From: an uncultured Pseudomonadota bacterium
GTDB taxonomy: Bacteria; Myxococcota_A; Polyangia; Fen-1088
Reading direction: 5' to 3'
Length of the DNA stretch: 64,000 nucleotides
Assembly: GCA_963847705.1 (NCBI GenBank)
Contig: CAWKBC010000032.1
Coordinates: 224,001-288,000 of the forward strand
The translations under genes and the position numbers were made by a program. Position 1 is the stretch's first letter, and every line of letters begins with the position of its first letter. The notes beneath the pieces are model-generated. The model saw only the letters and a program-made list of their open reading frames with translations, was not told the origin of the DNA and ran no database searches. Shown here piece by piece: positions 29,231 through 45,443 of this stretch.

Positions 29231-29778
29231 GCGCGCGGATCTTGATTGCGGGCATCGGCAACGTCTTTCACGGCGACGGCGGATTCGGGGTGGAGGTCGC
29301 CCGACGGTTGGAAACCTATCCCCTGCCGGACGGCGTCACCGTCACCGACGTGGGGATCCGTTCGCTGCACCTCGCCTACGCCATGCTCGAACGCCCCGAC
29401 CTGTTGCTGGTGATCGATGCGGTCCGGCGTGGCGGCGCGCCCGGCACGATCTACCTGATGGACGTCTCCGAGCTGGCCAGCGCCCCACCGCGCGATCTGC
29501 CCGAGACGCGCGGGATGAGCATCACCACGGTGGTGACCGCGGCCTGGACGTTGGGCGGCAAGTCTCCCCCCATCGTGCTCGTCGGCTGCGAACCCCAGTT
29601 CGTGGGCGAGCGGTTGGGATTGAGCCCCGTCGTCAAGAGCGCGGTCCCCAAGGCCGAGGATCTGATCCGCGGAACCATCGCCCGCTGGCTGGGGAGCGGG
29701 GTCGGTCAGCCGAGCGTGATCGGGGGGATCGCGAAGTCGTCCCAGGACGGCGTGTGGTTGCCGTCGCTCGACGGCTGA
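29227..29778 (+). CDS. Hydrogenase maturation protease (HybD/HyaD family)
   Basis: ILIAGIGNVFHGDGGFGVEV, VIDAV, LVGCEP, GLSPVV; ATGA overlap with hypA. Confidence 0.88.
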   Translation: MSARILIAGIGNVFHGDGGFGVEVARRLETYPLPDGVTVTDVGIRSLHLAYAMLERPDLLLVIDAVRRGGAPGTIYLMDVSELASAPPRDLPETRGMSITTVVTAAWTLGGKSPPIVLVGCEPQFVGERLGLSPVVKSAVPKAEDLIRGTIARWLGSGVGQPSVIGGIAKSSQDGVWLPSLDG

Positions 29779-31418
29779 TTCCACAGATAGAGCGCCGGGG
29801 TGGTGGTGATCTGGCCGACCTCGTCGACCACCACGCCGGTGATGTAGAGCTGCGCGTTGCCCGAGCCGGTCCGCTTCGACGAAAAGGTCAGCCAGTAGTA
29901 GGTCTTGCCGTTGGCGGTGACCGCCTGCGGTGACCACTTGGGCCAGTCGTTGGTGAGGCCGGGGCTCACCGTCGTCGTCTGACAGGCGGCCGCATCGTTG
30001 GCCGCCAGGCGGATCGCCGTGCCCCCCACGCCGCCGTTGAACGGCAGCAGGTAGACCTCGGCGTCGGGATTGCTGTACGCCGACTCGGAGCCAGGCACCC
30101 GCGTGAAGGCGACGAAGGTGTCGTCGGGCGAAAAGGCCGGGTAGTACTCGGTGAAGTTGGGGTCGGACGCGCCGGGCAGCGGGGTGGCGGTCCCGCCGGC
30201 GCGGTTCTGGTACGGAACGGTGTAGAGGTCGGCCGGGCCGGTGTCGAGGCGGCCGTCGACGATCGCCGTGGCCGAGGCGTAGACCACATTCTTTCCATCG
30301 TGGCTGAAGGCGGGCTCGGTCGCCTTCTGGGCGTCGCCGGTGCGCGCCAGCGTCCCGCTGGTGGTTCCGTCGACCTCCACCCAGTGCAACGTCCCGGTGT
30401 CGCTGAGCAGCGCGATCCGATCGCCGTCGCTCCAGTGCGACGTCGAATAGGCGGGGATGCCGTGCAGCGTCTGCATCGTCGCCAGCGCGGCCGGCGTGGC
30501 GTACGACGGCGTCACGCCCACGGCGCCGGCGGTCACGTTGGAGAGCTGGTTGAAGTAGTTGTTCGGCCCCATGTTGAACCCGACCGAGTTTCCGTCGGGC
30601 GTCGCCGCGTGGCAGCCGATGCAGGTGTCGTTCGAGGCGCGCGTCTGCACCTGGCTGGGGACCAGCACGTCTTCCACCGATTCTTCTCCGATGCCGAACC
30701 CCTTGAGCGAGCCGACCTTGGTCCCCATGTCGTCCGCCAGCGCCCAGTAGACGATCTTCCCGGGGGCCTCCACCGGCGCGATCGTGAAGGTGGAGGTCGC
30801 GGGCGCCGAAGGGGCCAGCTGGACCGCGCCGGCGGCGTCGAGGGTCAACGCGCGCATCGTCACGGTGATCGGCTTGTCGATGACCGACCCGCGCAGCCCG
30901 TCCCAGGTCGCGGCGTCGAGCGCGTAGGTCGGGTTGGCGGTGAAGATCCGGAGCGTGTGGGCGAACCCGACCACCGAGAGATCGATCTCGAACAGGTTCT
31001 CGCCGGCGGCGGCGCTGAGCTCGAAGCGCGGCCGCAGCCAGTTGCGCGGCATCAACGTCCCGGCGATGGGCGCAGTGACGCAAGGGGCGCCGTCGCTGCG
31101 CGGCGTGCTGCCGTCGAACAGCGCGGCGGCGTTGGGCGGCGCCGACGGATCGACCACTGGCGTCGCGGGGAAATCGGAGAATGTTGCCCCAGGGCCAGCG
31201 GCATCGGGGCTCGAGCCTCCGGTGGCGCCGCCGGAGGCACCTCGGCCGGCGCCGCCCAGCCCGCTCGAGGTTCCAGCATCGCTTCCCCCCGTGCCGGGTC
31301 CTTGCGCGACCGAACGAGACCCGGCGGAGAAGCCACACCCGGCGGCGGCAACCAGGCAGAGAGCGACGATCGGCGAGGCGACCGGAAACCGGGAGACTCT
31401 TCGCACGTGGGAGGGCAT
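29706..31418 (-). CDS. TolB-like / PD40 beta-propeller lipoprotein
   Basis: AAGC lipobox, CIGCH, PAFSHDG, YPAFSPDD, WPKWSP, WLTFSSKR. Confidence 0.8.
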   Translation of the reverse strand: MPSHVRRVSRFPVASPIVALCLVAAAGCGFSAGSRSVAQGPGTGGSDAGTSSGLGGAGRGASGGATGGSSPDAAGPGATFSDFPATPVVDPSAPPNAAALFDGSTPRSDGAPCVTAPIAGTLMPRNWLRPRFELSAAAGENLFEIDLSVVGFAHTLRIFTANPTYALDAATWDGLRGSVIDKPITVTMRALTLDAAGAVQLAPSAPATSTFTIAPVEAPGKIVYWALADDMGTKVGSLKGFGIGEESVEDVLVPSQVQTRASNDTCIGCHAATPDGNSVGFNMGPNNYFNQLSNVTAGAVGVTPSYATPAALATMQTLHGIPAYSTSHWSDGDRIALLSDTGTLHWVEVDGTTSGTLARTGDAQKATEPAFSHDGKNVVYASATAIVDGRLDTGPADLYTVPYQNRAGGTATPLPGASDPNFTEYYPAFSPDDTFVAFTRVPGSESAYSNPDAEVYLLPFNGGVGGTAIRLAANDAAACQTTTVSPGLTNDWPKWSPQAVTANGKTYYWLTFSSKRTGSGNAQLYITGVVVDEVGQITTTPALYLWNQPSSDGNHTPSWDDFAIPPITLG

Positions 31419-31600
31419 GTCGGATCTACGGGCCGAGCCGGCAGACAGACGTATGCTTGCTCACGGCTGGCCGCCGCGTTACCCATCTGGGCCTGGCACT
31501 GCTACCAGACGGTGCCAGGATTGGGGCAACGACGCATGGTTGCCGTGGTCCAGCTCAGGCATGAACCCTGCATTCTCTTGCTGCTGCAAAGGAGAGAGAG

Positions 31601-31891
31601 ATGACCCAGCGATTGCCCACCGCAGTGGCCCGCAAGGATTTCGCGAACGTGCTCCGTGATTCGGCGGCAGGCGAACGGATCAAGCTGACCCGCTACAACA
31701 AGACCGTCGCCGTGATCATCCCTAAGCAGGATCTCACCGACCTCGAGGACTGCCAGAAGCTCCACGGGGGCCGAGCGCCCTCGCAAGAGGCGCAGACCGA
31801 CAAGCCGGCACGAGCCCAGGCCGCGAAGCCGAAGGGGCACAAGAAGAGCGAAAAGCAGCGCCCGGACAGCGGCGGGCGCACCGAGCCTTAG
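31601..31891 (+). CDS. Phd/YefM family antitoxin-like protein
   Basis: ARKDFANVLRDSAAGERIKLTRYNKTVAVIIP; GGAGAG RBS. Confidence 0.75.
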   Translation: MTQRLPTAVARKDFANVLRDSAAGERIKLTRYNKTVAVIIPKQDLTDLEDCQKLHGGRAPSQEAQTDKPARAQAAKPKGHKKSEKQRPDSGGRTEP

Positions 31892-32094
31892 GGAGGCGAT
31901 TCGTCGCCGCTCGACCCGGTCTGATCGTCTCGTTCCAGCGCGCGCAGCTCCCGGCGCGTGAGACGATCGAGGTGAACCAGGGCGGCGACGGGACGCCCGT
32001 ACCTCACCACCACCACCGTCTCGGCCGTCTCACGCACGGCCTCGAGAACGCTGGCGAATCCACCGCGGACTCTCGATGCGTCCATCGTCTTCAT
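31888..32094 (-). CDS. Phd/YefM family antitoxin-like protein
   Basis: MKTMDASRVRGGFASVLEAV...VVVVRYGRPVAALV. Confidence 0.75.
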   Translation of the reverse strand: MKTMDASRVRGGFASVLEAVRETAETVVVVRYGRPVAALVHLDRLTRRELRALERDDQTGSSGDESPP

Positions 32095-32167
32095 CCGACA
32101 CGGCTGAGGTTAGTCGGGTCGTCTCCAGGCCGTCAAGGGAATATACCCTCAACAGCATGAGCGCCCG

Positions 32168-32473
32168 TCAGACGTCCAGGAGCACGATGTGCTCGACGCC
32201 GATCTCGGCGACGACGCGAATGTCGCCGCCCAGGGCGCGGACGTACTTGCGCAGCGTGGAGACCAGGTGATCGCGACGACCCTCGATCCGCGACAGCTGC
32301 GGCTGCGTGACGGCGGCTCTGCGCGCGACGTCTCCCTGGGTCTTGCGGACGTGCTCGCGCAGCTGCTGCAGGTTCATGGCGCTCCGGCCTCTCGCCGAGC
32401 TCCTGACCTTCTTGACGCCGACGAGGTCGGCCTTCTTGTTCCGGACCTTGCTCGGGAGACTGACGCGCTTCAT
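32168..32473 (-). CDS. XRE-family HTH protein (HigA-like antitoxin)
   Basis: LQQLREHVRKTQGDVA...VTQPQLSRIE...STLRKYVRALGG. Confidence 0.82.
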   Translation of the reverse strand: MKRVSLPSKVRNKKADLVGVKKVRSSARGRSAMNLQQLREHVRKTQGDVARRAAVTQPQLSRIEGRRDHLVSTLRKYVRALGGDIRVVAEIGVEHIVLLDV

Positions 32474-32632
32474 TCGTCGAGGAGACCGCGTGGCGGCAAA
32501 CCCAAGCTAACGCGCGACGATTATCTTGTACAACAATATCGGTCCGTCGACCCGCCGACGCCCGACCCTGGGCCGTTGCGGCCGGCAACGCCACCCGTCC
32601 GATGTTCCCGATGTTAAGGTCGCGCGAGGACC

Positions 32633-33268
32633 ATGCCCCACAAGAAGCCGCCTGAAACGTCACCGCTGGTCGCTGCGGCGGAGGCGTTCGACGAATCGCT
32701 GCGCAGGTTCGCTGCGCTGGCGGAGGGCCTGCGAAGCGCCGCGCTCGACTCCAGCCACGGCCTCGGGCGCGCCGCGGATGCCCTCAAGGAGGTCGCCGAC
32801 TGCGAGGAGGATCTGCAGTCTCGGGCCAGGACGCTCATCGGCGCGCTCGGCACGGCGCGGGCGGCGCAGGAGGGACAGGCAGAGCTGGTGCGCACCCGGG
32901 CGCTGGAGATTCAGGCACGGAGCGGAGAGTACGCGGTGCTGCTGGGCCGCTTCGAAGCCATCGGGGTCGACGCCGCCGAGCTCAACACGGTGACCCAGCG
33001 GCTGGCCTCGCAGCGCAAGCTCAGCGAGCAGGGGCTGACGGAGGGCGACGTCTCCTCGCTTCTGTCGGAGCTGGGCGAGATCGAGGAGAGGATGGCCAGC
33101 GTCGTCTCCAGCAGCGAGGGGCTGGCCAACGACGCGCGCAGCGCCCATTTCGACGAGCTCCACCGCAAGACGGACGCGCTTCGCCAGCAGCTCCTGGCGG
33201 CGCGCAACAGGATCGGCCTCCTCAAGGAAGCTCTGGTCAAGGCCGTCCCCCGCACGCTCTTTTCCTGA
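32633..33268 (+). CDS. Hypothetical all-helical coiled-coil protein
   Basis: GAGG RBS, strong codon bias, heptad pattern. Confidence 0.7.
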   Translation: MPHKKPPETSPLVAAAEAFDESLRRFAALAEGLRSAALDSSHGLGRAADALKEVADCEEDLQSRARTLIGALGTARAAQEGQAELVRTRALEIQARSGEYAVLLGRFEAIGVDAAELNTVTQRLASQRKLSEQGLTEGDVSSLLSELGEIEERMASVVSSSEGLANDARSAHFDELHRKTDALRQQLLAARNRIGLLKEALVKAVPRTLFS

Positions 33269-33313
33269 TTCGCCCGGTCCGCTTCGGCCGCTCGGGTCGC
33301 GCTCGCGCCTGGG

Positions 33314-34906
33314 TCAGGCGGTGACCGTGCGCAGAACCTTGTCCAGACTGTCGACCGCCACCGGCTTCACCAGGTGGTGGTCGAACCCCGCCTCGCGCGT
33401 GCGGCGATGATCCTCCTCGCGCCCCCAACCGGTGATGGCCACCATCAAGGGAGGATTGGCGATGGGCAGAGCGCGAATCCGGCGACAGATCTCCACGCCG
33501 CCCATGTGGGGTAGCCCGAGATCGCACAGCACGACGTTGGGGCGGACCTGCTGAACCAGATTGATTCCGTCCGATCCGGAAAGGGCGGCCCAGACCGTAT
33601 GGCCCGTGTCCTCGAGGAGATCCTTGAGCGACTCGGCGACGTCCTCGTTGTCCTCGATGATCACGATGCGAAGACCGTTCGTCACGCCGACCGTCTCCTT
33701 CGGCTGCTGAAGCGGCACGATCGACACTGGCGCCCTCGGTGACGCGGGAAGCGAAAGCGTGAAGGTGCTCCCGGCGTTCTCACCCGCGCTGGCGACGCTC
33801 AGCTCACCACCGTGCATCTCCGCCAGGCGCCGGGCCAGGGCCAACCCGATGCCCAGCCCCACGGGCCCGTCGGCATCGGCCCGTTTGACCCGGGCAAACA
33901 TTCCGAAGATGCGATCGATCTGATCCGCCGGGATCCCGGCGCCGGTGTCGGTGACCCGAATCAGCGCCCGATCGTCGTCGCGCGAGAGCGCGATGGTGAT
34001 CCGCCCGTTCTCGGGCGTGAACTTGGAGGCGTTGGTGAGCAGGTTCGTCACGATCTGGGCCACCCGCGTGGCATCGACCAGCGCCTCGATCGTCTCCGGG
34101 TTCTCCAGCGCCAGCTGCTGGTGGTGCTGCTCGAACATCGGACGCAAGGATTCGACCGTCGTGGAGAGGACCTCGCCCAGATCGACGGGCGCTTTCTTCA
34201 GCTCCAGCAATCCCCGGCTGACCCGGGAGATGTCGAGCAGATCGTCGATCAGGCGAACCATGTGGTGGAGCTGACGGTTCATCGTCCCCAGCGTGCGCGC
34301 GATGACCGGCTCGGCGTCCTTCCGGCGCAGCAGCAGGTCGAGGCCGCTGCGCAGGGGCCCGAGCGGGTTGCGCAGCTCGTGGGCGAGGATCGCCAGAAAC
34401 TCGTCCTTTTGCTGCGCGGCCGCCCGCAGGGCCGCCTCGGAGCGCTCGAGCTCCAGGGTGCGCTCCTTCACCCGCTCCTCCAGCTTCTCGTTCAGCTCGG
34501 CCAGCTCCCGCGTCTTGCGGAACAGCTCGGCGAACACGGCGACCTTGTGCTTGAGGATCTGCGAGTTCACCGGCTTGGTCAGGTAGTCGACCGCGCCGGC
34601 GTCGTAGCCGGCGATCATGTGCTGATCGTCGATGAGGTGGGCGGTCAGAAAGACGATGGGCGTCTCCCGAAACCGCCGGGTGTTCTTGATCATCTGCGCC
34701 AGCTCGAAGCCGTCCACCTGCGGCATCTTGATGTCGAGGACGATGGCCGCGACGTCGTTCTCCAGGAGCAGGCGCAGCGCCCGATCGGCGTCCTGGGCCC
34801 GCAGGAGCCGGTAGTTGGGGCTCTCCAGGATCGCCTCCAGCGCGTCGAGGTTCCGGGCCTCGTCGTCAACCAGCAATATGTCGATGGGGCGGGACATCTG
34901 CGGCAT
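33314..34906 (-). CDS. Hybrid histidine kinase REC-HisKA-HATPase-REC
   Basis: ILLVDD/VLDIKMP; LAHELRNPL; NLLTNASKFT, DTGAGI, GLGIGL; VLCDLGLP, HLVKP. Confidence 0.93.
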   Translation of the reverse strand: MPQMSRPIDILLVDDEARNLDALEAILESPNYRLLRAQDADRALRLLLENDVAAIVLDIKMPQVDGFELAQMIKNTRRFRETPIVFLTAHLIDDQHMIAGYDAGAVDYLTKPVNSQILKHKVAVFAELFRKTRELAELNEKLEERVKERTLELERSEAALRAAAQQKDEFLAILAHELRNPLGPLRSGLDLLLRRKDAEPVIARTLGTMNRQLHHMVRLIDDLLDISRVSRGLLELKKAPVDLGEVLSTTVESLRPMFEQHHQQLALENPETIEALVDATRVAQIVTNLLTNASKFTPENGRITIALSRDDDRALIRVTDTGAGIPADQIDRIFGMFARVKRADADGPVGLGIGLALARRLAEMHGGELSVASAGENAGSTFTLSLPASPRAPVSIVPLQQPKETVGVTNGLRIVIIEDNEDVAESLKDLLEDTGHTVWAALSGSDGINLVQQVRPNVVLCDLGLPHMGGVEICRRIRALPIANPPLMVAITGWGREEDHRRTREAGFDHHLVKPVAVDSLDKVLRTVTA

Positions 34907-41242
<6,336 letters not shown>

Positions 41243-41434
41243 GATCACTCGCCCCCAAGGTCTGGGAAACGGTGAGCGTAGCATTGACCGCCTGCTGATC
41301 ACTCCTCAAGAAAAACGTCAAGCGTGTTGTACAAAACCGCGACGAAATTCTTGGCAAGCGCCTCTTGCGCTTTCACGAGAAGGCCGAACGAAGCAAAAGG
41401 CGGTGGACGACCGCCGAACTGCCCCTAAAGCAGG

Positions 41435-41977
41435 TCAGGCGGTCGCGCGCATCGAGGTCAAGGCCTCGCGGCGCCTGGGCGCGCGGTGGCTTCGCAGCGC
41501 GCGCTCGACGTCGGCCCGGGACACGGCGCCGAGCAGGAAGGCGCCGGCCGCGACCGGCAGCGCCGAGGTCCGGGAACGGACGAACAGCTCCTGGGCACGC
41601 TCCGCCGTGGTCGTCGGACCGAGGCAAAGCTCGATGGAGCGGAGACAGTGGGCGACGCCGGCCTCGTCGGAGGCCTCGACCAGCTCGTGCTCGTCCAGCG
41701 TCCCCAGCAGCTGACCGTCACGCTCGACGAAAAGAACGTTCGCCCGCTTGAGCTCGGCGATCTTGCGTGCCGCCGCCATCGACAGGTGGGCCGGGATGAC
41801 CGGAACGGCCCGGATCGGCAGATCGCCGACCCGGGGCACACAGGACTCCCCGCCGCTCAGCCCGACTGCCCCAACGCCCGTCGTCGCCGCCACAAAAGCT
41901 CTGCTCTCCCCGCGCCGCCCCTTCGACCATGCCGCTCGTGCGGCGGAGAGTCCTGCGTGTCCCGAGTTCTCGTCCAT
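41435..41977 (-). CDS. CBS-pair domain protein
   Basis: VERDGQLLGTLDEHEL and LPVAAGAFLLGAVSRADV CBS-like motifs; start uncertain. Confidence 0.7.
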   Translation of the reverse strand: MDENSGHAGLSAARAAWSKGRRGESRAFVAATTGVGAVGLSGGESCVPRVGDLPIRAVPVIPAHLSMAAARKIAELKRANVLFVERDGQLLGTLDEHELVEASDEAGVAHCLRSIELCLGPTTTAERAQELFVRSRTSALPVAAGAFLLGAVSRADVERALRSHRAPRRREALTSMRATA

Positions 41978-42118
41978 GTCGACGCCATTGCTCTTCAATC
42001 CCCGTGCCAGCCCGCCGGGCCACCAAAACCGCGAGGTTCCGCGGGAAAATGTTCCCCCGTCTAAGAAAGTCTCGTAACGTCGCTGGTCGAGCTGTTACGA
42101 AAAGCGGAATCTTCCCGG

Positions 42119-43627
42119 GTGCCCGCAATCGCCCTGGCGTGCGCTGCGGCGCTCGTGTCGGCGATGGGGGCCTGTGCGCCGGCCCAAAACCGGACGGGTG
42201 ACCGGCCGGATGGCCGAGCTCTGGCGCAGATCGCGGCGCGCGGGGAGCTCCTCTGGGGCGCCGACGAACAGGGGGGCGAGCCCTACGCCTACGAGGACCC
42301 CGCGCGCGGAGGGGCGTTGAGCGGCTTCGAGGTCGACCTGGCGGATGCCCTGGCGCGCTCGCTGGGGGTGCGCGCGCGCATGGTCCAGAATGACTGGCCG
42401 ACGCTGATCCCCTCGCTCGAGCGGGGGACCTTCGACGTCGCGCTCAACGGCATCGAGGTGACGCCGGCGCGCGCGGCCCGCGTCAGCTTCACCCGCCCGT
42501 ACTACATCTTCGGCGAGCGGCTGGTCGGCCGCCGCGGCGACGCTCGGGTGCGCGACTTGCGCTCGTTGCGCAACTTGCGCGTCGGAACGCTGGCCAACAC
42601 GCAGGCCTGGGATCTGCTGCGCGAGACGGGCGCCGTCCCGGTCCCTTACGAAGGGGTCGATGAACAGTTCGTGGATCTCGAGCACGGTCGGACGGACGCC
42701 GTGCTGCTCGACGACATCATCGTCGCCCGCTACGTCGGCCGGCATCCGACGTTGACCGCGGTGGCCGACGTCGCCGAGGGGCGTTACGCGATCGCCGTGC
42801 GCCCCGCCGACGCCGAGCTGCGGGCGGCCCTCGACCGCTCGCTCGACGAGATGATCGCCTCGGGCGCCTGGCGAAGAACGCTGGCCCGCTGGGGCATCGA
42901 CGGCGAGCGCGAGCGGGCGCTGGCCGCGCCGGGCGGCGCCAGTCCACCCGCCGTGGTGGCCGCCGGCGGCGGCGCGGCCCGTCTCCCGCTGACGCTGCCG
43001 CAGCTCCTGTTGTTCGCGGACGGGGCCCTGGTGACGCTGCTGATCTCTCTGGCGGCGATGGCGCTGGCCGCGCCCTTCGGGCTGGCGCTGGCGCTGGTCC
43101 GTCTCGAGAGCCCGCGGCTCGCGCCGCTGGCGACGATCTACGTCGAGATCGTGCGCGGAACGCCGGTGCTCTTGCAGCTCTATCTCCTCTACTACGGCCT
43201 GGCGGGGATTCTTCCGCTCGGCCCCTGGACCGCCGCGGTCGTCGGCCTCGGGCTCAACTACGCGGCCTACGAAGCGGAGATCTACCGCGCGGCGATCACC
43301 TCGGTGCCGCGCGAGCAGTGGGAGGCGGCGCTGGCCATCGGCGCGCCCCGCCGCGCGGCCTTCCGCCAGATCATCCTGCCGCAGGCCCTGCGCCTGGCTC
43401 TCCCCGGGGTGACCAACGACTTCATCTCGCTGCTCAAGGACAGCTCGTTGGTCTCGGTCCTCACCGTGGTCGAGCTGACCAAGCGCATGACGATCACCGC
43501 CGTCGACAACCGCGGCTGGATCGTCCCCGGCGCGCTCTGCGCCGCCCTCTACTTCGCGCTCGGCTTTCCGTTCACGCGCCTCGCCCGTCGGCTCGAGCGC
43601 CGGCTGGGCGCCCACGCCCAGCCCTGA
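42119..43627 (+). CDS. Polar amino acid ABC transporter, fused substrate-binding (SBP_bac_3) and permease domains
   Basis: GFEVDLA, FTRPYY, VRGTPVLLQL, AAYEAEIYRAAI...QWEAA..IG (EAA loop), LLKDSSL. Confidence 0.9.
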   Translation: MPAIALACAAALVSAMGACAPAQNRTGDRPDGRALAQIAARGELLWGADEQGGEPYAYEDPARGGALSGFEVDLADALARSLGVRARMVQNDWPTLIPSLERGTFDVALNGIEVTPARAARVSFTRPYYIFGERLVGRRGDARVRDLRSLRNLRVGTLANTQAWDLLRETGAVPVPYEGVDEQFVDLEHGRTDAVLLDDIIVARYVGRHPTLTAVADVAEGRYAIAVRPADAELRAALDRSLDEMIASGAWRRTLARWGIDGERERALAAPGGASPPAVVAAGGGAARLPLTLPQLLLFADGALVTLLISLAAMALAAPFGLALALVRLESPRLAPLATIYVEIVRGTPVLLQLYLLYYGLAGILPLGPWTAAVVGLGLNYAAYEAEIYRAAITSVPREQWEAALAIGAPRRAAFRQIILPQALRLALPGVTNDFISLLKDSSLVSVLTVVELTKRMTITAVDNRGWIVPGALCAALYFALGFPFTRLARRLERRLGAHAQP

Positions 43628-44010
43628 CGGGGCTGGCGGCGGCGGCGCGCCCTGCCGTTCTGCCGTTCTGCCGACTTGGGTCGAGCTCAGAACGCGGCAG
43701 CGGCGCCGGCGGCCAGCGAGCGCTCGCCAAGAGGGAGCCCCTCGACGAAGAGGTCCACACGGTGGACGACGACCGACGTCAGGCCCCGCCCACCCGGGAC
43801 GCGAGCCTGGCCCATCGCCGGTCGGCCCGCCGGGCGAAATCGGCCAGCGGCGCGGTCACATCCACCGCCGGCGGGCGTGCGCGCCGCCCACCTCTCGGAA
43901 CGCCGGCGGCCCCGCGGCCGCTCCGTCACGAACCTGACACCCCGGTCACACAGACGCGTTTCGGAGTTGGCAGATCGCGCCTGGTCACGAAGACCTAAGC
44001 TCCGCGCGCG

Positions 44011-44604
44011 ATGCGGATCCGCCCACGCCAGGCCACCGTGAGGCAGAGGACCCTCCGGTGGTGCGCGAGCCTGTGGGTGCTGGCCGCCGGCGGATGCTGG
44101 GGGACCGATCTTCCCTCGGTGGTGGGCCGGGACTCCGCCGACGCCGCCCCCCCAGCTCCCCCGCCGATCCGAGCCTCCGTCGGTGACGTCGAGGACGGTT
44201 CGCTGGCGGACAACCTCGAGGTCCCCGACGCGTCACAACCCTCGGTCTCCGAGAGCGGCACAATCACTCTGACGATAGGCCTGCCGATCGACACGGTGAC
44301 CGGTCAGGTGGCCAGCTTCGGTTCGCTGACCGTTCGGCTCTGGTCGGATGGGCAGGCACCGAGATCGTTGACCTTGCAGCTCAGTCATTCATCCGGCGAG
44401 ATCACCCTGAGCCTGGCCAACATCGCGGCCGGCGGTCCCTACACCCTCGACGTCACGACGACTGCGAATGGGAGCTTGGCCTGCGCGGGGTCCAGTCCCC
44501 CCTTCTTCGTTCCTGCCCTGCAGACGGTCCGCGTCCTGGAGTCGATCCTCTGCGGCGCCGACGCCGGCCTCACCGCGACCCTCTACGCCGGTCCGTCGCT
44601 CTAA
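44011..44604 (+). CDS. Hypothetical lipoprotein
   Basis: AGGC lipobox, beta-rich C-terminal domain. Confidence 0.6.
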   Translation: MRIRPRQATVRQRTLRWCASLWVLAAGGCWGTDLPSVVGRDSADAAPPAPPPIRASVGDVEDGSLADNLEVPDASQPSVSESGTITLTIGLPIDTVTGQVASFGSLTVRLWSDGQAPRSLTLQLSHSSGEITLSLANIAAGGPYTLDVTTTANGSLACAGSSPPFFVPALQTVRVLESILCGADAGLTATLYAGPSL

Positions 44605-44630
44605 GACCGAGACCCGCGCGCCGGGAAAGA

Positions 44631-45131
44631 TCAGCCAGCCGCGCGGGTGGGCGCCATCGGGCCCAGCCAGGCCCGGGCGCGCCAGCGCCGGAGCGAGCGG
44701 CGAAGCTCGAACGCGGCGACCACGGCCAGGCGACCGAGAAGCCCCGCCGTCACTTCGAGGTCGACGCGCCGGCCGGCGCGCTCCACGGCGATCACGCGGC
44801 CACGAACCTCGGCGGCGGTCACGGGGCGGTCGATCTCCAGCGCCGCGTCTCCGCACAAGGTCAGGCGGGGAGCACGGGATGCGTCTTTTTGGATGGAGAG
44901 AACTCGATGCGCCACCGACCGCGATCCCGTCTGGCACAAAACCACGTCGGCGACATCGACGTCAGCGGCGGCGACCGGGGCGACGATCAGAACCTCGCTG
45001 TCCTCGATCGTCGGCGTCATGCTGCGCCCTCCGGCGCGGAATCGAACGCCGATCCCTTCAGCGAGCAACCCTTCGACGACGGATGCGAAGGCCCCTCGAT
45101 GCAGAGCGCTGTGGCCGTGACTCGATCTCAC
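44631..45131 (-). CDS. S24/S26 family peptidase (Ser/His, Sec11/SipW-like)
   Basis: GRSMTPTI (Ser), DVVL, VAHRV (His), LCGDA. Confidence 0.8.
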   Translation of the reverse strand: MRSSHGHSALHRGAFASVVEGLLAEGIGVRFRAGGRSMTPTIEDSEVLIVAPVAAADVDVADVVLCQTGSRSVAHRVLSIQKDASRAPRLTLCGDAALEIDRPVTAAEVRGRVIAVERAGRRVDLEVTAGLLGRLAVVAAFELRRSLRRWRARAWLGPMAPTRAAG

Positions 45132-45267
45132 GCCTCAACACATCGGAGTTTCCGTCGAGAAAATGAACGATCGGCGCGCGATTCTCGCTCGTGACCGCGG
45201 CGGAGATCTGACGGACGCGGGTGTCACATTTCAGACACGCCTCGACCAGGAGTGCACGGTTCAGTTG

Positions 45268-45443
45268 GCCGCGCGCTCGGTTTGCCGCGCGCTCGGTTTG
45301 CCGCCCGGCCCGTTTGCCGCGCGCTCGGTTTGCCGCCCGGCTCAGGTTTGCGGCGCGCTCGGTTTGCCGCGCAGCCCAGTTGCCGCGCGCTCGGTTTGCC
45401 GCCCGGCCCAGTTGCGGCGCGCCCAGTCGCTGCGCGCTCAGTT
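45268..45443. repeat. About 11 degenerate ~16-bp tandem units (consensus GCCGCGCGCTCGGTTT)
   Basis: Read directly; the last unit overlaps the kinase stop codon at 45438. Confidence 0.85.

Noticed and set aside
45268-45443. Possible CRISPR array
   Set aside because: Units are ~16 bp, directly abutting and degenerate, with no unique spacers and no cas genes
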